Virus record (IMG/VR): IMGVR_UViG_2724679183_000002
Coordinates: 32,001-96,000 of that record
Length of the DNA: 64,000 nucleotides
DNA from: a virus
Lineage: Duplodnaviria > Caudoviricetes
Reading direction: 5' to 3' (one strand)
Shown: positions 1 through 9,521 of the stretch, one piece after another
Numbering within the stretch: position 1 is the first letter of the stretch
Layout: the number at the start of each line of letters is the position of its first letter
Program-made: the position numbers and the translations under genes
Notes under the pieces: model-generated
Told to the model about the DNA's origin: nothing
The model's input: only the letters and a program-made list of their open reading frames with translations
Databases searched by the model: none

Positions 1-1275
1 CAACGTGGAGAGTTCACTTTCATCAAATCCCATACGTCCAAAATCACCAGTCATTTGGAGAATATCAGTGAATTTGTTGGAGAGGGAATCGCCTAAGTTG
101 ATTGACTCTTGGAGCAACTCGTTATATTTGTAATCAGGCTCATTCATGACTCGGCGAATATTTGTCATGAGTGTATCAATTTCAACGGCCTGAGATACCA
201 TTTCTTTGAGTCCTGAAATGGCACCATAGAATAAGGAACCAGAGATTAAATATGTTGACATACTTTTGAATGTTTGGGTTAATTCTGCTCCAAAAGAAGA
301 GGCTTGACTAGCGGCTGCTTGTGCGTTTGAAGCTAGTTCCCTAAATTGCATATTCAAGCCTTGCATTTGTGACCTGATATTGCTACTGCCAGCACTTACG
401 TTAAGACTATTTACTGCGTTCAGATATTCTTGGACAGCTTGTCTATTGCCTGCGCCCATCGTATCGCCATAACGTGTATTAAGGTTTTGCACGTTTACTT
501 GTGCTTGGCGTTGATACAACTCAATTGTTTTTCTAAGTTCATTGTTTTTCGCTACTGCTGCAGACTTATCATCAAGCATTTTGATTCTGTTTTGTAATGC
601 TTCAATTTGTTGAGCAGTTTGAGCAGTGTTTAATTTCCTCCCAAGTGAAGAGAGGGTAGTATCAGTTACAATTCCTTGCTGTCTAAGTTTTTCTAAATCC
701 AGCTTTAATTGTTCAATTGCTTTTCGTTGCTGATCATAGTTCGTTGTAACTTTTGAAGCTGTAGAGTTTGTCTTTGGATCAGTTGTATAAGTGATATCAT
801 CAAAGCCATTGCGATTCTTTTGAGTGACTCTGGTTGTTTGTCCTTGAGCATTCTTTTGTTCGGTTTTCTTCTGAATCTGTCCAAGTTTTTCAGTAGCTTG
901 AGCAAGTCTGTTAACTTCTTGAGTTTGCTCACGCAATGATTGATTACGATTGTCTATCGTCTTTGTTTCACGCTGAATGATTTCGCCATTTTTCTTGTAT
1001 TGTTGTGTCAGCTTTTCAACAGTACCATCGGCATTTCTTGTAATTGTTGTGGTTTCTTTAACGGTTTGATTGAAGGATTTGAGGTGTTTTTGATAAGTGT
1101 CAACTGCAGATGAAAAATCGCTGAGAGTCTTTAAAGCAGAGGCATCAATATTGGTCTTTAAATTAAGGGAATTAAGCTTTTTCTCTAAAGATTTAATCTG
1201 CTGATTCAACTGTTCGACAGTTTTGGAAGAAGTATCAGCTTTTGGGGTCAATATTATTTTTAAATCTTGACTCAA
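1..1275 (-). CDS. cwlP: Tail tape-measure / lytic transglycosylase CwlP (YomI), N-terminal part; runs off window
   Basis: TTG at 1275 after GAAAGGA RBS. Translates MSQDLKIILTPKADTSSKTVEQLNQQIKSLEKKL..., matching the recalled YomI N-terminus. Coiled-coil, Q/A/S-rich. Absent from the ORF track because it has no stop in the window. Confidence 0.9.
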   Translation of the reverse strand, partial: MSQDLKIILTPKADTSSKTVEQLNQQIKSLEKKLNSLNLKTNIDASALKTLSDFSSAVDTYQKHLKSFNQTVKETTTITRNADGTVEKLTQQYKKNGEIIQRETKTIDNRNQSLREQTQEVNRLAQATEKLGQIQKKTEQKNAQGQTTRVTQKNRNGFDDITYTTDPKTNSTASKVTTNYDQQRKAIEQLKLDLEKLRQQGIVTDTTLSSLGRKLNTAQTAQQIEALQNRIKMLDDKSAAVAKNNELRKTIELYQRQAQVNVQNLNTRYGDTMGAGNRQAVQEYLNAVNSLNVSAGSSNIRSQMQGLNMQFRELASNAQAAASQASSFGAELTQTFKSMSTYLISGSLFYGAISGLKEMVSQAVEIDTLMTNIRRVMNEPDYKYNELLQESINLGDSLSNKFTDILQMTGDFGRMGFDESELSTL

Positions 1276-1338
1276 AAATCGGTCACATCCTTTCAAGTAG
1301 GGGAGAGTGTTTTTAGGACATATAAAAAAAGCCACTCA

Positions 1339-1965
1339 TTATTGAGCGACTTTGTTTGCTTTCCGTATTGCTATCTCCATAATCCCTTGCCATATTTCAG
1401 CATTTGATAAAGCATCTTTAACTTTTGGATCATCCTGTTTAAACCCTTTAACATTTTCTAAGCCAAATTCATCTTTACTTGGTAGGAAATCAAATCTGTA
1501 AATAGGGGAGGAGAAATCATCGAGCTTTAATTTCAAATCAATTTTTTTGAAGTATTTTGTTTCTGTCTTATTAGAAGATAGCCCGCCAACTAATGCTCCA
1601 ATACTTCCTGCTGCTAACCCACCAACAACAGCGCCTGTTATTTGGCTTCCTTTGGACACTTTTGTAACTGTGTTATCATCAATTGTAACTTCAGCTTGAA
1701 TTATTTTGCTGAAGGGGACAACTCTCTCTCCTAATGTTCCATCCTGATTGAAGCTGTGGATTACAAATTTATCTTCTGGATCAATTAAAGTAAGCTTTGC
1801 ATTTTTATCTGGATTTATGATGGACTTGTAATTAGAAGGGAAATTTCCGACTGTTTCAATCTCGTTGGCCCTTTTTTTGTCCATTTCTTTTTGCTTATCT
1901 GATGCGCTAACCCCAATAATAATGAAAGCGCCAACCACTAAAATTAGAATGATAGCCCAGATCAT
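1339..1965 (-). CDS. yomJ: YomJ-like membrane-anchored protein (putative immunity/exclusion moron)
   Basis: N-terminal TM helix, glycine-zipper GAVVGGLAAGSIGALVGG, C-terminus ...ANKVAQ as recalled for YomJ. Position next to yomI. Confidence 0.7.
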   Translation of the reverse strand: MIWAIILILVVGAFIIIGVSASDKQKEMDKKRANEIETVGNFPSNYKSIINPDKNAKLTLIDPEDKFVIHSFNQDGTLGERVVPFSKIIQAEVTIDDNTVTKVSKGSQITGAVVGGLAAGSIGALVGGLSSNKTETKYFKKIDLKLKLDDFSSPIYRFDFLPSKDEFGLENVKGFKQDDPKVKDALSNAEIWQGIMEIAIRKANKVAQ

Positions 1966-2042
1966 CTAACCACCGCCAGTATTATTTTCCTACATTATAT
2001 CATGATTTCCAAAGGGTTAGAACTGGATTATTAGGTAAGAGA

Positions 2043-2522
2043 TTACTTGTTATTTTCTGATTTGACTTCCTCAAGCAAACTTCTGTATCTCGCTGCATTT
2101 GAACGATGATCTTTTCCTTTTCGCAAGCCAAAAGTGATAAGTAGGAATATTATCATGCTTAATAACACTCCAAAGCTCAGTGAAAGAAGTAGCTCAGGGG
2201 AATTATCTCGCACGTCAAACTTTAAATAAGCTATTATTTGGGTGGCGAAAAAGGTACTACTGGCAAGGACGCCAGGAACAATTTTAGAATTATCTGAAGC
2301 CTCTTCAATTTGTTTCATTCTCGCTATCGCAAGTACAATAACATCCTTATTTAAACGTCGTATGCGTTTTAATTCAGTCCTTGAACTACGTGTTTTAACA
2401 TAACTAAAACTGTCAATTATATAATCAATCAAATCTTCGTCTGACCAATCAAGCAATACTTCTTTTAGTATGTCTGGATTGTTTTTGATTTTTTTCTTTT
2501 TAAACCACATTTTAATATCCAC
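2043..2522 (-). CDS. Membrane protein, YomK-like
   Basis: 159 aa ORF with two C-terminal hydrophobic segments. Syntenic with yomK. Confidence 0.6.
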   Translation of the reverse strand: MDIKMWFKKKKIKNNPDILKEVLLDWSDEDLIDYIIDSFSYVKTRSSRTELKRIRRLNKDVIVLAIARMKQIEEASDNSKIVPGVLASSTFFATQIIAYLKFDVRDNSPELLLSLSFGVLLSMIIFLLITFGLRKGKDHRSNAARYRSLLEEVKSENNK

Positions 2523-2654
2523 CTCTCGGTAAATATCGGTAATGCAGTGGCAATATTTAATATTGACATTTTAATATACAACATGTAAAATTGATATTTT
2601 TTACTTTTGACTTAATTAATGGTACAATATCTTCAAAGAGGAGGGTTGTTAAAT

Positions 2655-2903
2655 ATGAATAAGATTAATCGTTACATATTAGCTTTAAAAACAACGGAAG
2701 GCCGAGTTTTGATAACAATGCTATTAATGTTCGAAGCTTTATCTGGGTCATTGTTTAGCCAGTTTAAAGCTGTGAATTTTACTGGTGCATCAATATTCGG
2801 AGTGATAGCTGCAATGAGCGTAGTTTTTCCCACTCTGCTTGTTAGCATTGTCATCTCAAAGGTTTGTAAAAATCTCATTGAAAAACCAGCCCCTACATAC
2901 TAA
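2655..2903 (+). CDS. Small membrane protein (moron, opposite strand)
   Basis: GAGGAGG RBS before ATG 2655. Two hydrophobic segments. Followed by a terminator. Confidence 0.6.
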   Translation: MNKINRYILALKTTEGRVLITMLLMFEALSGSLFSQFKAVNFTGASIFGVIAAMSVVFPTLLVSIVISKVCKNLIEKPAPTY

Positions 2904-2924
2904 TGTGTAGGGGCTGTTGTTTTT
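2886..2924. terminator. Intrinsic terminator, probably bidirectional
   Basis: CAGCCCCTACATAC-TAAT-GTGTAGGGGCTG hairpin flanked by A and T tracts between convergent genes. Confidence 0.75.
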
Positions 2925-2986
2925 ACACATAAGCAAAATCCCTCTGCCTAGAGGAATCTTGATTCTGCATAAAAGAGGGATTTCAT

Positions 2987-3964
2987 TTACACTTCAAATT
3001 TTGCTTTCTTATCTTGAATAGCGTCTTTGTTTACCTCTAGATAGTGATTTTTTGTTACGTCAGTGCCTTTATGGTTCAATAATTGAGAAACGTCCTCTAG
3101 ACTCATGCCACTGTGATACAAAAGGTTACTACCACTGTGCCTTAAATCATGACAATGTAATTCAGGAATATCAATTATTTCTCCAATTCTCTTTATCCAA
3201 TACCCTTGTAAAGTTCCGGTTTCAGCTTTCTTCCATGTGCCTCCGTACTTTGTTATAAAAAGGTATTCGCATTCAATGCCGTTTTCTGATCTGTACTCCA
3301 GCCATTCCTTAACAAGATCAATAGCTCTTTGAGAAGGGAAGAGGGTGACTTTATATCCTTCTTTTTCAATGACATCTTCCACCCGAAGTCTTTCAAAGTC
3401 AATTTGTTCAATTTTAACGTTGCTTATAGCATTAGCTCTGGCCATCGTGGAGAGACCAAACTCAAAGAAAAGCTCTAGCTGAATATTTTCCTTCTTTTTA
3501 AGTCCTTTTCTTATTTCTTCGACTTGATCTTTCGTTAAGAAGGTTTGTTTAATTTGAAGTTTTTCACCTGTTCCTGCCTTAGGTCTATCTAAGAAATCAA
3601 CTGGATTTTCTTTAATTTTGCGCTTTTTTCTTAAAAATAAAAAGAACGAGCTAATGCTGCTCATTCGTCGCTGAATTCTTCGTTCATTGTTTCCTAAAAC
3701 ACTAGTACAAAAGGCAACAAAGTCTTCAATCAAATCCACCATGTCATCTGGATCTTCTTTAATGATGTCCACAATGTACCGGTTATTGTAATTCTCTAAA
3801 ATGTATACCAGCCATTGATTGAAATCTGATTGATATCCAACTTTACTGGATTCCGAAAGGTTCATGTTTTTAAAGACAAAATACTTTCGAATTAATTCCG
3901 CATTTTTGGGGTTAATTTTGCTGACCTTTTCTTTTGTTGCATATGATATCTTTTTTCTGGCCAT
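2987..3964 (-). CDS. yomM: Tyrosine recombinase/integrase YomM
   Basis: Full catalytic set: R (TMARAN), K (EKEG), HxxR (HDLRH), H (LNHK), Y (NHYL). ATG 3964 with GGTGGTG RBS. Confidence 0.9.
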   Translation of the reverse strand: MARKKISYATKEKVSKINPKNAELIRKYFVFKNMNLSESSKVGYQSDFNQWLVYILENYNNRYIVDIIKEDPDDMVDLIEDFVAFCTSVLGNNERRIQRRMSSISSFFLFLRKKRKIKENPVDFLDRPKAGTGEKLQIKQTFLTKDQVEEIRKGLKKKENIQLELFFEFGLSTMARANAISNVKIEQIDFERLRVEDVIEKEGYKVTLFPSQRAIDLVKEWLEYRSENGIECEYLFITKYGGTWKKAETGTLQGYWIKRIGEIIDIPELHCHDLRHSGSNLLYHSGMSLEDVSQLLNHKGTDVTKNHYLEVNKDAIQDKKAKFEV

Positions 3965-3977
3965 TAATACACCACCG

Positions 3978-4394
3978 TTATTCTGTTTTAATGCCACTTG
4001 CATTTAAATCTTTTCTGATAGCGGCAACTAATCGTCCATCTTTTAAGGATTCTGCAGTATTCTTCATAAATGGGCGAGGTTTTCCATAACCATAACCGTA
4101 TTTATCAGGATATGTGTATCCTTGACCGGTCTCAATAACAGTAGCAACATCCTTCCCGTTATCCTCACGGGTATTATCTAAGGAGATTCCGTTAGATTCG
4201 TTTTCAGTTACAAAGGAGTCCTTTAAAAGAGATGTACGCTCATATACAAGCGGGTCATAGACGTCATACACATCAGATTGCACATGGGCTTGACCTGTTT
4301 TAATCATAGTGTTTTTTGTGTTTGATTGTTTTTGGAGGGCTTGCATTGCGGCAAATTCAATTAGCGCTGCTACTTCCTTAATGTTCTTGGCCAT
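3978..4394 (-). CDS. yomN: Putative tail completion/neck protein (YomN-like)
   Basis: 138 aa with a PRPF motif typical of HK97 gp10-like proteins. Synteny. Confidence 0.65.
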   Translation of the reverse strand: MAKNIKEVAALIEFAAMQALQKQSNTKNTMIKTGQAHVQSDVYDVYDPLVYERTSLLKDSFVTENESNGISLDNTREDNGKDVATVIETGQGYTYPDKYGYGYGKPRPFMKNTAESLKDGRLVAAIRKDLNASGIKTE

Positions 4395-4879
4395 TATTCA
4401 GCCTCTTTTTCACTGTCAATATCTTCAACCTTTTTAAGAATGATATTCTTTATCTCTTCTGGAGATACGTTTGAAAGTTTGTCTAAGTTCTCCTGCATCA
4501 TCTTTGTTGCTTCTCCAAATTTCTTCATGCTTTCTTCAGGGAAGCTATTAAGAATCAATGGGAAAAATTCAGAGTCCACAAGTTTAACGTACCACTTAAC
4601 TTTGTTTTTGATATCACTTGGAATGCCTAAGTCAGTAAATTCCTTAATGAGTGAGAAGAATGCCCATTGAACAGGGTTTATACTTTTAAAGTCAATGTTT
4701 TTTTCTTCGGCATTTTGTGAATCTGAAATTAATTCAGTAAGCATTTTGGTTAAGCGGGTAGGGGAGAAGTAAGGGTAAATATAGACATGAACGTCATCAG
4801 TGAGTTGTACTCTTTCTTTCTTGTCGTATTTGCTTACACTTTCTTCAATCAATCCAAGATTTAATTTTTTCGATGCCAT
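4394..4879 (-). CDS. yomO: YomO-like protein (possible tail assembly chaperone)
   Basis: 161 aa ORF with good RBS. Synteny. Confidence 0.6.
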   Translation of the reverse strand: MASKKLNLGLIEESVSKYDKKERVQLTDDVHVYIYPYFSPTRLTKMLTELISDSQNAEEKNIDFKSINPVQWAFFSLIKEFTDLGIPSDIKNKVKWYVKLVDSEFFPLILNSFPEESMKKFGEATKMMQENLDKLSNVSPEEIKNIILKKVEDIDSEKEAE

Positions 4880-4961
4880 CTCATTTCCTCCTTATATATC
4901 CTCTGAATACATTAAAAAAGACACCTCAATAGGGGAGAGGTGTCTAGATAAAACTTGTATT

Positions 4962-5810
4962 TTATTTATAATCTTCTTTTAGAATTTTTTCTGTAAAGGC
5001 TGGGTTGTTTGTAAATAGTCCATCAACTTTCAACTGCAGCATTTTGGATGTGAATGCTTTTTCATTATCAGCATCAAAAAACACATGCACTTTCATATTG
5101 TTTTTGTGGACTTTCTCAACAAAATCTTTATCAACCAATTTGGCATTAGGGCCAACAACGTTAGAATACTTTTTAATTTCGTTTAGCTTTGAATTGCTCA
5201 TATTCTTAACGTCTTCATCTTTTAAAAGTTGAACAAGAGGAACATCGCTGTTAAGCTTATGTAATTTCTTTAGACTTTTGTCACTGAATGATTCTAGAAC
5301 AACTTTGTTATTAGGGATTAGTTTATTTTTAGAGAGTATGTCAATTAACTTTTTCTCCATTATTAATTTGCCTTTGTTGTTTGTTCTAGTCTCGATATAA
5401 TACTTTGTCGTTTGTCCAAACTTTTTAATGATTTCTTCAATGGTTAAGATTTTTTGTCCTTTTCCAGTACGTAGCTTTTTAATCTGGTCTAATGTAAGAT
5501 CCTCAACTTCTCCTTTGCCGTCCGTGGTACGATCAACAGTCTTGTCATGGATTGCGACTAGATGACCGTCTTTGGTTTGTCGTAAATCAATTTCAATGTA
5601 GTCTGCTTTGTCTTTTATTGCTCGTTCATAGGAGAGTAGGGTATGTTCTGGCTCAATTTCCGATGCACCTCTGTGTGCAATCATTAACGGCTCGTATTTT
5701 TTACTGCTTCCTTTTCCATATCCCAAGGTAGATGCATCAACTTCGTTAAATGAACATCCTCCTAGTAAGACTAAAGCAATGATTAATGTTATAAGATTTA
5801 TTATTTTCAT
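4962..5810 (-). CDS. Glycerophosphodiester phosphodiesterase (GDPD) lipoprotein
   Basis: Lipobox LLGG|C. GDPD motifs IAHRGAS, EHTL, IEIDLRQTKDG, HD, DGLFTN. Confidence 0.9.
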   Translation of the reverse strand: MKIINLITLIIALVLLGGCSFNEVDASTLGYGKGSSKKYEPLMIAHRGASEIEPEHTLLSYERAIKDKADYIEIDLRQTKDGHLVAIHDKTVDRTTDGKGEVEDLTLDQIKKLRTGKGQKILTIEEIIKKFGQTTKYYIETRTNNKGKLIMEKKLIDILSKNKLIPNNKVVLESFSDKSLKKLHKLNSDVPLVQLLKDEDVKNMSNSKLNEIKKYSNVVGPNAKLVDKDFVEKVHKNNMKVHVFFDADNEKAFTSKMLQLKVDGLFTNNPAFTEKILKEDYK

Positions 5811-5828
5811 AACCTAAAATTATCATAA

Positions 5829-5981
5829 TTAGGTAGTTGGTTCAATATATTTCTTTCCAACAATTTCTTCGTACTGTTCTGGTGTAATTTTGCCTTTGAC
5901 TACAGCTTGGGCTACCTTGTATTCATCCCAAACACCGTTCCCATCATTGTAATAATCTTTTATGAGATTATACCAATCCAT
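5829..5981 (-). CDS. XkdX-family small protein (YomP-like)
   Basis: 50 aa MDWYNLIKDYYNDG...VVKGKITPEQYEEIVG, a typical XkdX signature. Translated by hand because it is below the ORF-track cutoff. Confidence 0.8.
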   Translation of the reverse strand: MDWYNLIKDYYNDGNGVWDEYKVAQAVVKGKITPEQYEEIVGKKYIEPTT

Positions 5982-6259
5982 TAGAGAACACCCTCCATCA
6001 TTAATTGATAAATTACGTCGCTTACGACTTTTTTAAGTTTTTCAGTTTCCGAAGGCTCGGGGTCAAGAGGTTTCAAACTGTCAATGTATTCTTCTGATGC
6101 AGACTCGACCCATTTCTTTGTTTTAGTATTGAATTTCGGGATATAAAGACCATCGGAAGGAGGTATTGTTGTGCAGTGATCAGGAAGCGGACTATCGTCT
6201 TCAAGGACAACAGGGAATTCGTAAATATAATTTTCGTCATATTTGTATACTTGCATCAT
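5981..6259 (-). CDS. Tail-fibre assembly/chaperone-like protein (YomQ-like)
   Basis: 92 aa (VYKYDENYIY...LPDHCTTIPP...PKF...W) directly after the fibre gene. Confidence 0.65.
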   Translation of the reverse strand: MMQVYKYDENYIYEFPVVLEDDSPLPDHCTTIPPSDGLYIPKFNTKTKKWVESASEEYIDSLKPLDPEPSETEKLKKVVSDVIYQLMMEGVL

Positions 6260-6269
6260 AATATTCTCC

Positions 6270-7772
6270 CTACACGGCTTTAAAGCTAAAGCCTAAACTA
6301 ATGTAATCGTTTGGTTTGGAAGTATTAGAGCAACTTTCTATAATAACTTTTCCGTCAATATCAACAAGCACTCTATGAGTTTGAGGCACTCCTGACATTC
6401 CTGATTGAGAAGCTACACCTGCCCACTGAAATGCTCTCCCAGGTCTGTAGCCTTCAGGTAAGGTAAACGCTGCTACTCCAAAACCAATTGTTCCTTTTGC
6501 TATAGCACCCTCTACAAAGACAGTTCCTGTTGCATCCTTTGTATATCGAGTTTTAAACACTGTTTGATCTGTAGAGTTCACATCAGTGTAATTAACCCAT
6601 CCATTCTGTAATGTAGGAGTGTACCATGTTATAGAAGATAGTTTAGTGTCAGTGTATGATTTAGCAGAGGTAAGAGCAGAATTGGCTCTTGTTTGCGCCC
6701 CATCTGTAGTTTCATGTGTTTGCCACGAAGTCCAAGTTAAATCGCTTTTTCTAAATCGGAAATATGTATGTGTTCCGTAATATGCTTCTAAAGCAAATTG
6801 CGCTACTGTATCACCGTAATTCATGACAACCAAATAGACATTGGATAAGTTAGCAGGGGAGTGAAGCCCCTGGTTGGCGATTAAATAAAACCCTGTGGTA
6901 ATCAAATCGTTGTATTCCGTTTTTTCGGAGCTGCCTTTGTAGAATACTTTTCCATCATCGGAAGTGAGTTTGAAAAGTTGAGCAGCGTCCCATCTGTCTT
7001 TATCACTTTTTATAACATGGATATCTTTATCACTAGCGTGAGCGGCTATTTTTTCCTGTGCTCCGCTAATTGTCTCCAAGCCAATCCAAGGAGTCCACGT
7101 AGTCGCATCGTTTTTACGAATTCGGTAGAAGGATTTCAAACCATTACCAGCGTCGTATGCGCTCTGAATGAGAGTATTTCCGTAACTCATAACGAAAAGA
7201 AAACACTGAGCCAATCCTGGGCTATTCAATCCACTATTGTAGATTAAATACATGCCAGTAGTAGTTAATTCATTATAGTCCGTAGTCTCACTGCTACTTT
7301 TATAAAAGACCTTGCCGTTATCTTGCGTCAATTTATAGAGCTGTCCTGCATCCCATTTTTCCTGTTTAGATTTACTGACATGAATATTAGTATCATTCAC
7401 GTGATTATCGAAATCATTTTTTGAGGCTTGTTGGACGTTATCAACGTTACCCAATCCAACTTGGCTTTTTGTAACTGCATGAGGATTTTTCTTATCGTCA
7501 AGATGACTATCAAAAGCCACTTTTGTGGCCTGTTCTTCATTGATTAGATTTGATAATCCGACTTGCTCTTTAGTGACACGGTGCGGGTTATCTGTATTCT
7601 GAGTATGCGATTTCAATTCTGAATTCTGCTTCTCCATGAAATCATCAACTTTTTCAGATAAAAGTATTTCATGATCAGACATATGTGCTTCAGTTTTGAA
7701 AAATTGATCTTTAAGGTTATTAATTTGGACGTTATTTTGTTTAAGCTGGCCTACAAATTTACTGCTACTCAT
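6270..7772 (-). CDS. yomR: Tail fibre / receptor-binding protein (YomR-like)
   Basis: NPHxVTKxQVGL repeats, duplicated knob-like domain, C-terminal LQNGW...AFTLPEGYRP domain. Confidence 0.75.
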   Translation of the reverse strand: MSSSKFVGQLKQNNVQINNLKDQFFKTEAHMSDHEILLSEKVDDFMEKQNSELKSHTQNTDNPHRVTKEQVGLSNLINEEQATKVAFDSHLDDKKNPHAVTKSQVGLGNVDNVQQASKNDFDNHVNDTNIHVSKSKQEKWDAGQLYKLTQDNGKVFYKSSSETTDYNELTTTGMYLIYNSGLNSPGLAQCFLFVMSYGNTLIQSAYDAGNGLKSFYRIRKNDATTWTPWIGLETISGAQEKIAAHASDKDIHVIKSDKDRWDAAQLFKLTSDDGKVFYKGSSEKTEYNDLITTGFYLIANQGLHSPANLSNVYLVVMNYGDTVAQFALEAYYGTHTYFRFRKSDLTWTSWQTHETTDGAQTRANSALTSAKSYTDTKLSSITWYTPTLQNGWVNYTDVNSTDQTVFKTRYTKDATGTVFVEGAIAKGTIGFGVAAFTLPEGYRPGRAFQWAGVASQSGMSGVPQTHRVLVDIDGKVIIESCSNTSKPNDYISLGFSFKAV

Positions 7773-8128
7773 TAACTCACCGCAATTCCTTTAACCGTAA
7801 CATCACCATTAACTGAAATGACCTCAACCATGAACTTAAAAAGCCCCGCAATATCGAAATCCCAGTTTTCATTTGTATTCAATGTGCCCGTACCCAATTG
7901 GAAATCAGTTTTGTTTGTTCCAGCAAGTTCTGTTTTTTCACCATTTTCATCTACGGCAAAGAACTTTATTTCTCTTGAGGTTGAGGAACCAGAGATCTTA
8001 ACAGTAATATCCCGATAATGTGATACTACAAATTCTTCACCTTCAGATGGGGCAGTTGTTGCTTCGTGAAATGTAAAGGTTGCTTTATCTGGAATGGTTT
8101 TTAAAATATTTTCATCGGTTTCTGTCAA
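7772..8128 (-). CDS. yomS: YomS-like virion protein
   Basis: TTG start after GGAGGTGG. 118 aa. Synteny. Confidence 0.7.
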   Translation of the reverse strand: MTETDENILKTIPDKATFTFHEATTAPSEGEEFVVSHYRDITVKISGSSTSREIKFFAVDENGEKTELAGTNKTDFQLGTGTLNTNENWDFDIAGLFKFMVEVISVNGDVTVKGIAVS

Positions 8129-8201
8129 CAACTCCACCTCCTAAATCTGTATAAAAACTGACTTTTATTTAAAAAGGAGAGGGGAAGGATCCCCTCAAAA
8201 A

Positions 8202-8669
8202 TCATTTAGCTTCAAATACTCTTACATCTCTGTCAGTACCGTCATTAATTACATAGACAAAAAGTGTTTTGCCAACAGCAACGGGAACTGAAAAAGGTTT
8301 GTCACCGGCTGCTAAAGGAATGCCTGTATCAGCGGTTACATTAGAGTTTCCAATGTAAATTGTTCCTTCTGCAGGAGGATAAACAGTAAGTGCTGTCCTG
8401 TCAGTAATGCCTGCGGTAACTTTTTGGGCTGTTGAAGTAACAGTGAATTTATCCGTTTTAAAAGAGGAGAAACCTGGATCTCTTTCATTAACTGTTACTG
8501 AAGGGGATTGTACTTGGATCCCTTTGATGGCATCCAAGCCAGTTTGAGGGAAGTCGACTTGTAGAGGTTTTTCTTGTGATTTTAGGTGAATGTCGGTTAC
8601 TAAACCACCGTTCCCATCATCTCTAGCAGAAGATTTTACACCATCGAAATCATTAAGTTTTGCTGCCAT
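8202..8669 (-). CDS. Putative tail-associated protein
   Basis: 155 aa beta-rich ORF with RBS downstream of the major tail gene. Confidence 0.6.
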   Translation of the reverse strand: MAAKLNDFDGVKSSARDDGNGGLVTDIHLKSQEKPLQVDFPQTGLDAIKGIQVQSPSVTVNERDPGFSSFKTDKFTVTSTAQKVTAGITDRTALTVYPPAEGTIYIGNSNVTADTGIPLAAGDKPFSVPVAVGKTLFVYVINDGTDRDVRVFEAK

Positions 8670-8689
8670 TAAAAATCACTCCTTAAAAA

Positions 8690-9484
8690 TTAATTGCCAA
8701 CGTCTACGGATTTAGTTTGAGATTCTGTGTCAGAGCCAGGATCTGGATCAGCGACAAAGTTATCATCTCTGCTTGCTTCAATAACAACAGCCATCTCATC
8801 TGTGTCAGTATCGGCCAGCGCTTCAAATTTAATTTCTGGAGATAATGCATTACCGTTCTCAAGTGACATTTCAAATTCGCCTGAAGGGGATACGTTAGGA
8901 AATTGAATGTAGATATCGCTATAGACCTCTTCGGTATCAGGATTATAAGCAATTGTACGGTATTCAACTTCATATCGCTCAGAGAATTTGCTTGCCTTGA
9001 TAGCGAGTCGTCTGCCGATTTTGTTAATCTGGTACACTGCTGTTAACTTCTCTTTTGTTCCAGCAAATCCAGTTGGGATTAAGTAAGTACCATCAGTCGA
9101 TACAGGTGTCTTGTATGTAACACCTCTTTTATTATAGAAGGTCACATCACTTACCGGTTTACCTTTTAGAGTAACCGTATTTTTGTCATCAACAATCAGA
9201 CCATGTTCGCGGTCAAATACCTGAACTTTAGCTTCTTCTTCAATTGTTTCACCTTGTGTCATTGCCAACCATTCAAGGTCGAAAAATGCATTCTTGACAG
9301 TAAGATTAATTTCTTTTTCAGACTTCAAAATATAAAGTGGTTTATTCCCAATACCACCACGAAGCTTATCTTCAGAGATGGTTTGGGAGAATGAAGCTGT
9401 TTGTGCTTCTGCTGTGAATACAAGCTGACCATCAGATTTTCTTCTGAAATAAACATCAGCTGTATCTTGAATAACTGTTTTCAT
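8690..9484 (-). CDS. yomU: Probable major tail protein (YomU-like)
   Basis: 264 aa, beta-rich. Position after the head-tail genes. Confidence 0.65.
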   Translation of the reverse strand: MKTVIQDTADVYFRRKSDGQLVFTAEAQTASFSQTISEDKLRGGIGNKPLYILKSEKEINLTVKNAFFDLEWLAMTQGETIEEEAKVQVFDREHGLIVDDKNTVTLKGKPVSDVTFYNKRGVTYKTPVSTDGTYLIPTGFAGTKEKLTAVYQINKIGRRLAIKASKFSERYEVEYRTIAYNPDTEEVYSDIYIQFPNVSPSGEFEMSLENGNALSPEIKFEALADTDTDEMAVVIEASRDDNFVADPDPGSDTESQTKSVDVGN

Positions 9485-9521
9485 CTATAGATTTCCTCCT
9501 TAAAATAAAAAAGAACAGCTA

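Noticed and set aside
705-932. 75-aa ORF in the ORF track
   Set aside because: It is out of frame within the tape-measure gene.
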